The notes beneath the pieces are model-generated. The model was given only the letters and a program-made list of their open reading frames with translations. It was not told the origin of the DNA and ran no database searches. From Lytechinus pictus (lineage: Eukaryota), in contig NC_087252.1 of NCBI RefSeq assembly GCF_037042905.1, forward strand, positions 10,480,001-10,544,000: DNA of 64,000 bases. Direction: 5' to 3'. The position numbers were made by a program, and so were the translations under genes. Of the stretch, positions 55,231-64,000 are shown piece by piece (the stretch's first letter is position 1; every line of letters starts with the position of its first letter).

Positions 55231-58200
55231 TGTGGTGGTGGTGGTGGTGATGATGATGATGATGGTGGTGGTGATGATGATGAGGATGATGATGGTGGTG
55301 ATGGTGAGGATGTTGATGATCATGATGATGATGATGGTGATGATGATGATGATAGTGACGATGATGATGATGGTGATGTTGATGATAATGACAATGATGA
55401 TGGTGGTGATGATGATGATGATGATAGTAATAGTGATGATGATGATGATGGTGATGACGATGATGACGATGACAAGCACTGTGTTCCGGTACTCTTACTA
55501 ATCTCCTCAATTCTATTTCAGATGAAAGCATTTGAGTACTATTTGAAGGCAGCCAAGGCTGATCATTGGGATTCAGGTGTGAAGGTCGCTGAACTTTACA
55601 ACCAAGGCAACGAACAGATGGCAAGGAACGACGCCATGGCTGCTGCGTAAGTTTTTATTATTATTTGTACATAGTGATTTAGCAATGCATAAAAAACGCA
55701 TATCATGGTCTGCATCATTTGCTTGTTCAACACGAGAGCATATTGAAAAAAGTACCAAAATGCGACAAATATCCTATAGGCTACTGTACAAAACTTGCTG
55801 TTCGATATGTTATCGTATAGAACAGTCTAGTGCACATGTCCAGGCTCAATCACTGTTGTTTTTTTTTTTGGGGGGGGGGGATAGAAAATAATAACAATAA
55901 TTATCATATTGGATGTTTTTATTTCATGTTTTACCAGAAATGTTCCACTCGTTAGGACAATTATTGCACTCATCTACAATTCGTGCAATATTGGCGTAAC
56001 TCTTCGTATATGCCTGTCTGGGGAAATTTTCTATGGAGCATGTTGTCAGTAATTTTTACTGATCAAATCAGGTGGAATGATTTTAGTGTCCTATAACAGT
56101 TGTCTGTGAAAATAACTGACTTTATGTTTTGTGAAATACTCCCCTTCATCAACATTTGTTGTCCGATATGATGTCAGTGGAGTGTTTCATGAAAGGACTT
56201 TTCAGATGTTTTGTCCAAGGTATGTGTTATCTGAGAGTTAACATAGAAACAGTGCTTCGCAGCCAGTAAAGTCAAAGTTCTCAGATCTGACAAATAGTCG
56301 GACAAGAAATATTGATGAAATGCTATCCTGGGCCCCGTCTTACAAAGAGTTACGATTGATCCAATCAATCTCAGCTGTATGGAAATCCATCCATACCGTA
56401 ATTTTTTCTACCAAAAAATTGCACAATCTACATAGTGAACAAAGAGGATCACACTGAATCTTCAAGAGAATGATAAATGTATGAATATTGAATATACAAC
56501 ATGTCTAGAAATTATTTTGAACAAATTTGCATTTTAGATGTTGACGATGCTTGCCTTCCATAGCTGTGATTGATTGGATCAATCGCAGCTCTTTATAAAA
56601 TGGGGCCCTGATCTGACATTTTTCCTCAATTCTGATGGGCTGAGAAGCATTGTTACTAACTGTCAGATAAAAATGGGCCCTGTCTTACAAAGAGTTACGA
56701 TTGATCCAATCAATAACTATGGAAGTCCATCAGTGTCATAATTTTTAAACAGGAAATTTGCACAATGAATGCATGAATATACATCATAGTTAGAAATACT
56801 TTAAACAAACATGTATAATAAATGTTGACGTTGCTGGCTGTCCATAGTTGTGATTGATCGGATCAATCGCAACTCTTTGTAAGATGGGCCCCAGTACTCA
56901 TCAGATAAAACGGCTGACAAGTCCTTTGCACCTGGGGCGCGTTTCATGAAAGGATTTGTGGGACGTGTCATCCGACACGTCCTATTTTATCTGAGAGTTC
57001 CCACTGTAACAGTGCTTGTCAGCCAATCAGAGTCAAGGAAGGTTGTCGGATCTGACACCTTGACGGACAGAAATATTGAAGAAACACTCCCCGGACATGC
57101 GAGCTCAGGGGAGTCTTTCATGAAAAGACTTGTCAGGTATTTTATCTCACAAAATATTATTCATCTGACAGTTACCATAGGAACTGGCCTTGTTGGCCAT
57201 TCAAAATCAAGCAAGTTTGTCAAAGACATGTTGATGAATCGCTCTCCCGGACAATGACTCTGTTATTTTGAAATCCAATCCATTAGTCATTGATATAACA
57301 CCTTTTTCTTTTGCCTACAATGCGATACATACACACTACGCCATGCTTGGGCAAATAAAACAATAATTCAACACTTCAAAGTGATCTGCTTAGTCCATAC
57401 AATTCATTGTCCTCTTCGCAAAATAGATGGGATTTAATCATTTTCCTTCCTTTCTAGATGGGCCCGGTATGTGGCAGAGAAGAACCGTGATGTGGCCTGG
57501 GTCCTACGCTGGGCTCTGGATGCCTATCTGGAGAGTTCCTGGTCCCAGAGCCTGGTCTACTACGCCATAGCAGCCGAGGCTGGTCTAGAAGTGGGCCAGT
57601 TCAATCTGGCCTACCTCTGTGATGAGAATCATGTGAGTGTCCAAAGTAACCGTTTGAGATGTTGTAATTCATTCAATGAAATATCCCGAAGTTCAACTAA
57701 ACAGTTTCAGAGAAGACCTAAAAACAGATCTTTTGGCTCTTAGCAAAACAAAGACCATGTGGATGAAGGTTGCATTTATATTTCAGAAAATCAGATAAGT
57801 GGACTTCAAATGAATTAAAAATAGTTTAATGCCTCCTTCTACAGTAGTTGGTCGACAGAAGCATTATGTATTCAGGTGTCCGTCCATCCATCTAAACTGT
57901 GGTGTTTGTAATTTTCTTTGCCAAATAATAATAACTAAAGTCATTGAGGGTTCAACTTCAAATTTTGTGGAGTTTGAAAAAATATTTTTTCCCCATTTGC
58001 TTCAATCTTGTTGTTATCGCTAGCTTTTTTTTTTTTTGCATATGTTATAAAGTGAGCTTCATATGGGCAATTCCTTAAAATATGTACGTCCGACCCCCTC
58101 TATGTGGGATCTTCATGAAATTTTCTGTGTCTGGTTTCTTGTTCTTTTGACAGTCTGTAATGTTCTCAAGGGACCATGACTTGGTCAGTTTATGAAGTGA

Positions 58201-61200
58201 CGTAATACTTGAGAAAAATGGGGGTCGGACATACAAAAAGGTTGATCATTTTATGGAATTGCCCATATATATTTCAAATAATTGCCATATTAATATCAGC
58301 ATTCAATTATTAATTTTCCATCAATGAATGGTTTTCCTCGAATACTCGAATACAGGATGGTATTGCTGAGAGATACATAGATAAAGACTGCGCCTGGAAA
58401 TACTGGCATCTTGCTGCTGCTTCAGTTCATCCTCATCTAACGTGTAAGATTTTATTTTCCCCTTCTTTAGTCGCTTTTCGTTCTAACTGGGTATTGAGCT
58501 ATCAATGTGAGTTTAAAGGACAAGTCCACCCCAATAAAAAGTTGATTCAAATAAAAGGGAAAAAAATCCAACAAGCATAACACTGAAAATGTCATCGAAA
58601 TCGGACGTAAAATAAGAAAGTTATGACATTTTAAAGTTTCACATAACAGTTATATGCACATCCTGGTCAGTATGCAAATGAGCAAACTGATGAAGTCACC
58701 CACTCACTATTTATTTTGTATTTTATTATATGAAATATGAAAAATTCTGAGTTTCTCCTCATTGGCATGTGAAACAATTTTATTCCTCCCTGAACATGTG
58801 GAATGACCATTATTTTAACAGTTTATGACTAAGTCAAGTTGGTCCTTGTTGTCAAATCTGTAACAATTGAAATATTGTATAATTCAAACAATAAAACAAA
58901 ATTAGTGAGTGAGGGACATCATCGACTCTCTCATTTGCGTATCACTGAGTTGTGCATGTAAATGTTTTGTGTAAAATAAGCAAAACTTTACATCCATTTT
59001 TGATGAAATTTTCAGCATTATGCTTGTTTTTTTGTGTTTTTTTTTCTCTATCATTTCCATTCAACAATTTTCTGGGGACGACTTAAACTATAAATTAAAT
59101 TATCAACTCTTAAGTACTTTTATTTATCACTTTTGCTGTGTATACAACTGCTTTGTGGAATTCTGCAAAACTTAAATGTCATAACTTTTTATTTTACATC
59201 TGATTTTGATAATATTGCCTGTGTTTAGGCACCTTATCAAAATTATGCGTAGTATCTGTTTCGCAGGATTCCTGGGGTCCATTTCATAAAGCTGTTCGTA
59301 AGTTAAGAGCGACTTTAAGAACGACTGGTGAACCTTTCTGGAATGCTAAATAATCACCAATGATCATTTAATGGTGAATATCATTTACCACAAGAAAGGA
59401 TCACCAGTCATTCTTAAAGTCACTCTTAACTTAAAGACATGCCTCCTGGTTTGTTAGTGCGATTTGGTTTTTTAGTGGGTCTCCTATTTTCCGTTTTGTT
59501 TTGTCCATAATGAAATGTAAGAATTGGTAATGAAAACCAGCATGCAGGTTTTCCTGCAGTAAAGATATGACTGTGATGTTCACATCATTCCTTATTATGC
59601 TATTATGCTGTCTTGTGTAATCAATTCTGCAGATCAACTGGTTGGTGGGTGGCGCGGCATTTCATTCTTTAGCAAAATATTTTGCATTTCCGAATTTCTC
59701 ATTCTTTTTCAGCCATCTTGAAAGTCGCAGACTATCACTGGTATGGCTATAAGAATGTCTCAAACCAAGACAAGGCTGTGGAGTATTACATCCAAGCTGC
59801 AGAGACTAGGCAGTCACATGTAAGTATTTAACACCCCTAAAATAACTGAATGGAATAATCCGTTGCCATATGTTTGTATGTATTGGGAAGGACCATCTCA
59901 AACCCTACAATAAGTCAGCCAGTATCTACGGAGCCTTTAAAGTGCCATCGACTTGACGACTTACTTTACCTTGCCATGTCGATATAACAACCTTATTATG
60001 TCGACATGGCGAGATACGTTATCTTGCCAAGTCGACTTTATATAAAAAGTTATATGTCAACATGGCGAGATATTTTATCTTGACATGTCGACTTATAAAA
60101 CATTATATGTCGACATGGCGAGATATGAAGTGTCCGAGGCCCGGCGAGAGTCCAAATATCTCGCCAAGTTGACATATAACTTTTTATAAGTCAACTTGTC
60201 AAGATAAAATATCCCGCCATGTTGACATATAACTTTTTATAAGTCGATTTGGCGAGATAACGTATCTCGCCATGTCGACATATAACTTTTTACAAGTCGA
60301 CTTGGCGAGATAACGTCGAGATAACGTATCTCGCCATGTCGACATACTAAGGTTATTATGTCGACATGGCAAGATAAAGTATCTCGCCAAGTCGTCAAGT
60401 CTATGGCACCATAAAGGCTCCGTAATTATCCATTATTCCCACATGAAATAAAATGAAAAGAAATCAATTGAGTAGTCATGTTCTTGGAGCCCAGCCAACT
60501 TCTTTGCCTTTCATTTAGATCATCTTCAGGAACTAATTATGTATACTAAAACTAAAATTTGAAAGGATTCCAACAACATGACTCGACTCCCAAGTTTTAT
60601 TTCTTTCATTCCAAGTCAGTCAAATTGTAGTTCCTAAGATACATGTAGATGATGAGATTTGCGGATGCGCCATGTAAGTAAGTCCTGAAAAGGACCGTTT
60701 GTTTATCTTTCTTAACCCTCACTCTCCCGGGGTATTTTGATTCTTGTCATTCCCGGGGGGGCCATTATGGCCCCCCCCTAAGATCTCGGCCGCCGATCGA
60801 GCGAGCGATGCAAAAATTTGCACGCTGGTAGTTTGCGATGTAATCTACAAGGCTGTATGGTAGAATTTTCCAAAATAATGAGATTTTATTTTATATGAAT
60901 TAATTATGCTAATTTATGCATAAATCATACTTTTTGCTCTAATTCACTAAATAAAGCTCCTAGAATGCTAATTTTTTGTAAAAATATTCTTTGTAGCATT
61001 CTTAACAATCGCAATGAAAAAAACTTTGGTTTGGAAATCAATTTCTTATGTATTTTATTGTTTTATGAATTTCTTATGTATTTCTTTGTTTTTTACTTTT
61101 TGTTTTTTATTGTTTTTTCAATGGAAATCGTTCCAGACTTAATTCTGACCATAAACAAGGCAAAATTAATTAAGTTTAATCAGTAAAAGTAGAAATAATG

Positions 61201-63382
61201 ATACATTTATGAATTTTGGCTAAATACACAATTTGCATTGGATTTGTACATGAAATCACGTTTATGAGCAATTTTGGGTCTGACATGCACTTACATAATG
61301 TTGCGTAATGTCGTAACCGTGTACCCGGGTGTCACAAATTGGGTCTCAAAATTTGCGCGAGACTTGAAAGTAAAAAGTCGGTAAGCGGCGAGGTCAAAAA
61401 ATTTTGCGCAGCAGATATATCGCGAAAATTGTCGAGGGGGGGGGCCATTATTGCCCCCCCCCCCCCCCCGGGAGAATTAGGGTTAAAGTAGCTCTTAAAA
61501 GAAATGTTCTTGATGTTTCGAGCAGATATGCTTTGCTCTATATCAGGAGTGCAAACCTTCAAAGCTCACAAGATACATGTAGTTTTAAAAAGCAATTTGA
61601 ACTTTTCAACATTCGTGAATATAAACCCATGCCATCTCTTGATTATATGTAGAAAAGTAAGAACCACATCAACACTATGGCCCATATTCTGAACTCAGGT
61701 TTAAATTAAACTAAGTTGTGGTTTAACTATGGAGAGCCAACTGGAGCACAAATCCCTAACAGTACACATTCAATTTATTAACTCATATGACACCCAAATT
61801 GTTCATTTCAAATAAACATTTATTTTCCTCCATTTTACAAAATTTCTTCATTTTTGTCTCGCCTGCATAGCAGAGCGGAGACTATAGGCGCCGCTTTTCT
61901 GACGGCGACGGCGGCGGCGGCGTCAACATCAAATCTTAACCTAAGGTTAAGTTTTTTAAATGACATCATAACTTAGAAAGTATATGGACCTAGTTCATGA
62001 AACTTGGACATAAGGTTAATCAAGTATTACTGAACATCCTGCCTGAGTTTCAGGTCACATGACCAAGGTCAAAGGTCATTTAGGGTCAATGAACTTAGAC
62101 CATGTTGGGAAAATTATTTTCAAAATCTTAACCGAAGGTTAAGTTTTTGATATGACATCATAACTTAGAAAGTATATGGACCTAATTCATGAAACTTGGA
62201 CATAAGGTTAATCAAGTATTACTGAACATCCTGCCTGAGTTTCAGGTCACATGACCAAGGTCAAAGGTCATTTAGGGTCAATGAACTTTGGTCAAGTTGG
62301 GGGTATTTGTTGAATTACCATCATAACTCTGAAAGTTTATGGATCTAGTTCATAAAACTTGGACATAAGAGTAACCAAGTATCACTGAACATCCTGTACG
62401 AGTTTCAGGTCACATGACCATGGTCAAAGGTCATTAAAGGTCAATGAACTTTGGCCGTGTTGGGGGTATTTGTTGAATTACCATCCTAACTCTGAAAGTT
62501 TATGGATCTAGTTCATAAAACTTGGGATATAAGAGTAATCAAGCATCACTGAACATCCCCTGTGAGTTTCAGGTCACAAAACCAAGTCAAAGGTCAGTTA
62601 AGGTCAATAAACTTAGGCCATGTTGGTGTAATTGTTGAAGTGCCATCATAACTTTGAAAGTTTATGGATAGAGTGAATGAAATGTGGACATGGGTGTAGT
62701 TGACAGTCTTAAGTCTCTGTTCAAATGTCATTTATGGTCAATGAACGTGGTATTATGTCATTATATGAATGATGTTTTTGTGAATGATTATTTTATAGTA
62801 GTTTTCAAAGTTAGCACTGCTGCTATATTAAATTGCGTAATGCAGGCGAGACTGCCAGAGGCGTTCCACTTGTTGTTAACAAGAATTCATATGAAATCAA
62901 TTACTATAAAGAATATGTATACAACCTATGTGTAGAGAAGAAGGCGTAGGTCCCTAGAAGCACATGCTTGTTGCGGGATACGCCTGTGGACATATAGATA
63001 TATACAATACAAAAAATACAATACAAAGATAAGAATTATCTAGGAATGACAACTGAAGTATTTTTCTTCCTTGTGAAAGCAAAAGGACACAAAATTGTAA
63101 ACATAAGAAATATAAGATATAAACAGAATTTTTGAGCCTTTGGCTCCCCATAATTTTAGCACAGAGTTAGACCATGGTCTAAGTTAAACCTGACTTCAGA
63201 ATAAGGGCCTATGTTTTCATACATTTTCACCTTCTTTTCGTCATTCAGGCTGTGTTCAATTTAGCCAATCTAATTGAGAATGGAGTGAACGTGAAGGATG
63301 ATGTCTTGATAAGGTTAGGTGTTCCAACAAACATCTTCAGCAGCAAGAACAACATCTCAAAGGTCATGGAGCTGTACCGCAT
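27798..63382 (+). CDS. SEL1L3: Protein sel-1 homolog 3-like gene; spliced and 3'-incomplete in this window
   Basis: 21 GT-AG exons with consistent phases. The translation matches recalled SEL1L3 motifs (FTISAYIFLLDYC..LC, PLKEW, HYNET..F..GGS, WARYVAEKN..LDAYLESSW..AAEAGLEV.Q.NLA..C.E) plus Sel1 repeats. Confidence 0.9.
30486..30754. mobile_element. Harbinger-like MITE
   Basis: TIR GGCCCGTATTCTGAAGT; TAA TSD. Confidence 0.85.
31845..32048. mobile_element. MITE with GGGCAATTCC TIRs; inverted copy at 58065-58264
   Basis: Terminal inverted repeats, and a second copy in the window. Confidence 0.75.
32616..33027. mobile_element. Small foldback-like element, relative of 24950-25299
   Basis: 8-bp TSD ATTTGCAC/ATTTGCAT; internal inverted short-repeat arrays. 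Confidence 0.7.
33308..33977 (+). CDS. SEL1L3: SEL1L3 exon 2
   Basis: tttcag acceptor; LITVESLK...LQCNKEN; phase 0-1. Confidence 0.85.
34355..34560 (-). mobile_element. L2/CR1-group LINE 3' fragment
   Basis: LWNSLP...LKFKLKTHLF is the typical ORF2 end. Confidence 0.7.
34641..34767 (+). CDS. SEL1L3: SEL1L3 exon 3
   Basis: EVVDLMTFPVALDSGFHGI...NNPK; phase 1-2. Confidence 0.9.
35534..35658 (+). CDS. SEL1L3: SEL1L3 exon 4
   Basis: FTISAYIFLLDYCKHSLCS...TPLIFLKQDG; phase 2-1. Confidence 0.9.
35675..36298. mobile_element. Harbinger-like MITE containing a nested copy of the same family (35763-36076)
   Basis: Outer TSD CTA, inner TSD ATG; both have GGCCC(G/A)TATTCT termini. Confidence 0.8.
36767..36882 (+). 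CDS. SEL1L3: SEL1L3 exon 5
   Basis: QVFVQIEND...LPLKEWIQMVYIQDGRK; phase 1-0. Confidence 0.9.
37070..37540. mobile_element. Harbinger-like MITE
   Basis: TIR TATGCTTTTCACACTG; TTA TSD. Confidence 0.8.
37816..39345. mobile_element. hAT-like non-autonomous element with a 6-bp TSD, nested in a MITE (~37701-39394)
   Basis: Perfect TIR CAGAGCTGCCAACC; CATTAT duplicated on both sides. Confidence 0.8.
39715..39909 (+). CDS. SEL1L3: SEL1L3 exon 6
   Basis: WSIQFF...DVHYNETDAFYHLGGSSAVRSFNGF...IDPQQ; phase 0-0. Confidence 0.9.
40477..40615 (+). CDS. SEL1L3: SEL1L3 exon 7
   Basis: AAKTPFDD...HYQQCDSF...KLKK; phase 0-1. Confidence 0.85.
40832..40941 (+). pseudogene. Decayed partial copy of SEL1L3 exon 7 (pseudo-exon)
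   Basis: ttatacctctgatatctcaggcatta...catcttcaaactcaaatataaaga aligns to 40501-40614 with indels; no splice sites. Confidence 0.8.
42034..42493 (+). mobile_element. 3' part of a Helentron/HINE-like element, fused to a truncated Harbinger MITE (41838-42033)
   Basis: Same repeats and 3' end (gcaggtgagactgtcagaggcgctccacttgtt) as the 61851 element. Confidence 0.7.
42775..42986 (+). CDS. SEL1L3: SEL1L3 exon 8
   Basis: VTCPSHPPYL...CRLWEQP...IGHQLYQHVLQRL; phase 1-0. Confidence 0.85.
43721..43858 (+). CDS. SEL1L3: SEL1L3 exon 9
   Basis: PTEGLEG...WLRQASCYGNMDAASLLATVYNAGLGVQTNVSK; phase 0-0. Confidence 0.9.
43960..44072 (+). pseudogene. Decayed copy of the exon 10 acceptor and its first ~65 nt
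   Basis: acacagtctttcatctattgactggtagcagcgcaagg vs acacaggctatgatctactggctggtagcagcgcaagg; the TGG codon has become TGA. Confidence 0.8.
44146..44263 (+). CDS. SEL1L3: SEL1L3 exon 10
   Basis: AMIYWLVAAQGG...KHHKGIDGVPVDMDYAF; phase 0-1. Confidence 0.9.
44790..44851 (+). CDS. SEL1L3: SEL1L3 exon 11
   Basis: NYYYKIAQETALDRTKHTEND; phase 1-0. Confidence 0.9.
44945..45083. repeat. Compound (GGGT)/(GGAT)/(GATA)n microsatellite
   Basis: Direct inspection. Confidence 0.95.
45239..45358 (+). CDS. SEL1L3: SEL1L3 exon 12
   Basis: IHFEAIRLTDEQQLQTQTGESGDYFKWLKHQAKQGVADAQ; phase 0-0. Confidence 0.9.
47600..47743 (+). CDS. SEL1L3: SEL1L3 exon 13a (candidate mutually exclusive exon)
   Basis: LNLARMYYHGAAGVQRDMAAAAEFYRLNAEQNPADPVAQYDYAVLHLR; 144 nt; tag|...CGG|gtgggt. 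Confidence 0.85.
48837..48980 (+). CDS. SEL1L3: SEL1L3 exon 13b (candidate mutually exclusive exon); missed by the ORF track
   Basis: SSIAQTLFWGTRGVKRNMEHASAYYAETAQTHPINKIALYDYGIVLLR; 144 nt; cag|...CGG|gtgagg. Confidence 0.85.
50008..54425. mobile_element. Harbinger-like MITE (18622 family) split by a 4-kb insertion
   Basis: 5' part 50008-50103 and 3' part 54101-54425 rejoin into the intact ~415-bp consensus; TTA TSD. Confidence 0.85.
50104..54100. mobile_element. ~4-kb palindromic foldback-type element with subterminal ~185-bp tandem arrays
   Basis: Termini TAGTATCCC / GGGATACTA; TTA duplication; inverted similarity traced inward to ~52070 and ~52470. Confidence 0.85.
54505..54567 (+). 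CDS. SEL1L3: SEL1L3 exon 14
   Basis: GQGVEKDEEKGMDYLNKSAAL; phase 0-0. Confidence 0.9.
55019..55192 (+). CDS. SEL1L3: SEL1L3 exon 15
   Basis: GHGPAYTALGWY...DAAHNLGYMHLYGRYPGKSIDR; phase 0-0. Confidence 0.9.
55199..55472. repeat. (GAT/GGT)n microsatellite filling most of intron 15
   Basis: Direct inspection. Confidence 0.95.
55522..55646 (+). CDS. SEL1L3: SEL1L3 exon 16
   Basis: MKAFEYYLKAAKADHWDSG...ARNDAMAA; phase 0-2. Confidence 0.9.
56330..56892. mobile_element. Two adjacent Harbinger-like MITEs (~56330-56608 and ~56675-56892); relative at ~23207-23476
   Basis: GGGCCC..TCTTACAAAGAGTTACGATTGATCC termini, each with an inverted counterpart. Confidence 0.7.
57458..57632 (+). CDS. SEL1L3: SEL1L3 exon 17
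   Basis: WARYVAEKNRDVAWVLRWALDAYLESSW...QFNLAYLCDENH; phase 2-0. Confidence 0.92.
58356..58443 (+). CDS. SEL1L3: SEL1L3 exon 18
   Basis: DGIAERYIDKDCAWKYWHLAAASVHPHLT; phase 0-1. Confidence 0.88.
59713..59819 (+). CDS. SEL1L3: SEL1L3 exon 19
   Basis: SILKVADYHWYGYKNVSNQDKAVEYYIQAAETRQSH; phase 1-0. Confidence 0.9.
59929..60422. mobile_element. TA-TSD palindromic MITE with internal GTCGACATGGCGAGATA repeats
   Basis: TA|CGGAGCCTTTA..GTGCCAT ... ATGGCACCATAAAGGCTCCG|TA. Confidence 0.8.
60716..61482. mobile_element. piggyBac-like non-autonomous element
   Basis: TTAA|CCCTCACTCTCCCGG ... CCGGGAGAATTAGGG|TTAA. Confidence 0.85.
61679..63209. mobile_element. Harbinger-like MITE (TAT TSD) interrupted by a HINE-like element
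   Basis: GGCCCATATTCTGAA ... TTCAGAATAAGGGCC; TAT on both sides. Confidence 0.75.
61851..62874 (+). mobile_element. Helentron-associated HINE/DINE-1-like non-autonomous element
   Basis: TTTTT start, sub-TIR GTCTCGCCTGC / GCAGGCGAGAC, a short (GGC/GAC) microsatellite, ~5 central tandem repeats of 160-190 bp, and a CTTGTT end without a TSD. Confidence 0.75.
63249..63382 (+). CDS. SEL1L3: SEL1L3 exon 20 (last exon visible)
   Basis: AVFNLANLIENG...NNISKVMELYR; phase 0-2; the gene continues beyond the window. Confidence 0.9.
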
Positions 63383-63489
63383 GTAAGTATGATAATACAT
63401 GTAATATGTCCATGTATATAGCGCTGTTGCTATGTGCATATACTCGACTGCACTTTGATACGTGATGTCATATTATTACCCTGACCGTA

Positions 63490-63680
63490 GCTGAGCTGCC
63501 ATGTCAGCGCCAAAGCGTCAAGGAATAAGTCCTACTGGTTACCCATTCACCTCACCTAGGTTGAGTGCAGCACAATGCGGGTAAATTTCTTGATGAAGGA
63601 AAACACACCATGACTGGGATTCGAACCCACGTCCTTCTGATAGAAAGAAGAGAGCCGTAACCACTAGACCACAAAGCCCC
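63490..63680 (-). mobile_element. tRNA-derived SINE (plus partial copy at ~63820-63905)
   Basis: Reverse-strand tggtctagtgg and ggttcgaatcc boxes; body matches 3120-3263. Confidence 0.75.
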
Positions 63681-64000
63681 CAAAATATTGATGATAGGTA
63701 TTATATTTGCTGGTATACATGTAGCGTTTACTTTATCAGAAGTCGCTAAGCATTGTACAATAAATGTGCCATACTTGCAAAGCATTGTTACACTCTTCTT
63801 GTTACAAGGAATAAATTCCCTATCCACCTCACCTGGGTTTAGTGCAGCAAAGTAAGCATGAATTTCTTGCTGAAGGAAAGTAACGCCTAGAGTAGGAATT
63901 AAACCCAACCCAACTACAACCCTCTAATTAGGAGTTGAGAATCTCCCTACACACTGAAGCCTCCATGTATAATTATTATGATATTAAATGATTTAGAAAG

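Noticed and set aside
59990..60390. Regularly repeated GTCGACATGGCGAGATA motif resembling an array
   Set aside because: Internal repeats of a TA-flanked palindromic MITE; the intervening sequences are related to each other, not unique spacers.

Overview
Eukaryotic, AT-rich, intron- and repeat-dense animal DNA. The repeat repertoire suggests an echinoderm such as a sea urchin; that is inference only. Two + strand protein-coding genes were rebuilt by hand from GT-AG sites with consistent reading phases. (1) A C2H2 zinc-finger gene with coding exons 10963-10992, 12786-13029 and 14826-17737: about 1061 aa, about 16 fingers, and a Q/P/S/M/H-rich tail. (2) A SEL1L3-like gene (signal peptide, LamG/ConA-like region, Sel1 repeats) starting at 27798, with 21 coding exons visible, running off the right end. 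The best candidate novelty is a pair of intact, diverged, equal-length (144 nt, phase 0-0) tandem exons in SEL1L3 (47600-47743 and 48837-48980). They encode alternative versions of the same Sel1 segment and look mutually exclusive, with very different 3' splice-site architectures. Also notable: a ~4 kb near-whole-length palindromic element in the next intron, decayed 'ghost' copies of exons and acceptors in both genes, repeat modules shared by the first introns of both genes, and an 8 kb nested transposon stack at the left end. Family assignments come from recall and from TIR/TSD inspection, not database searches.
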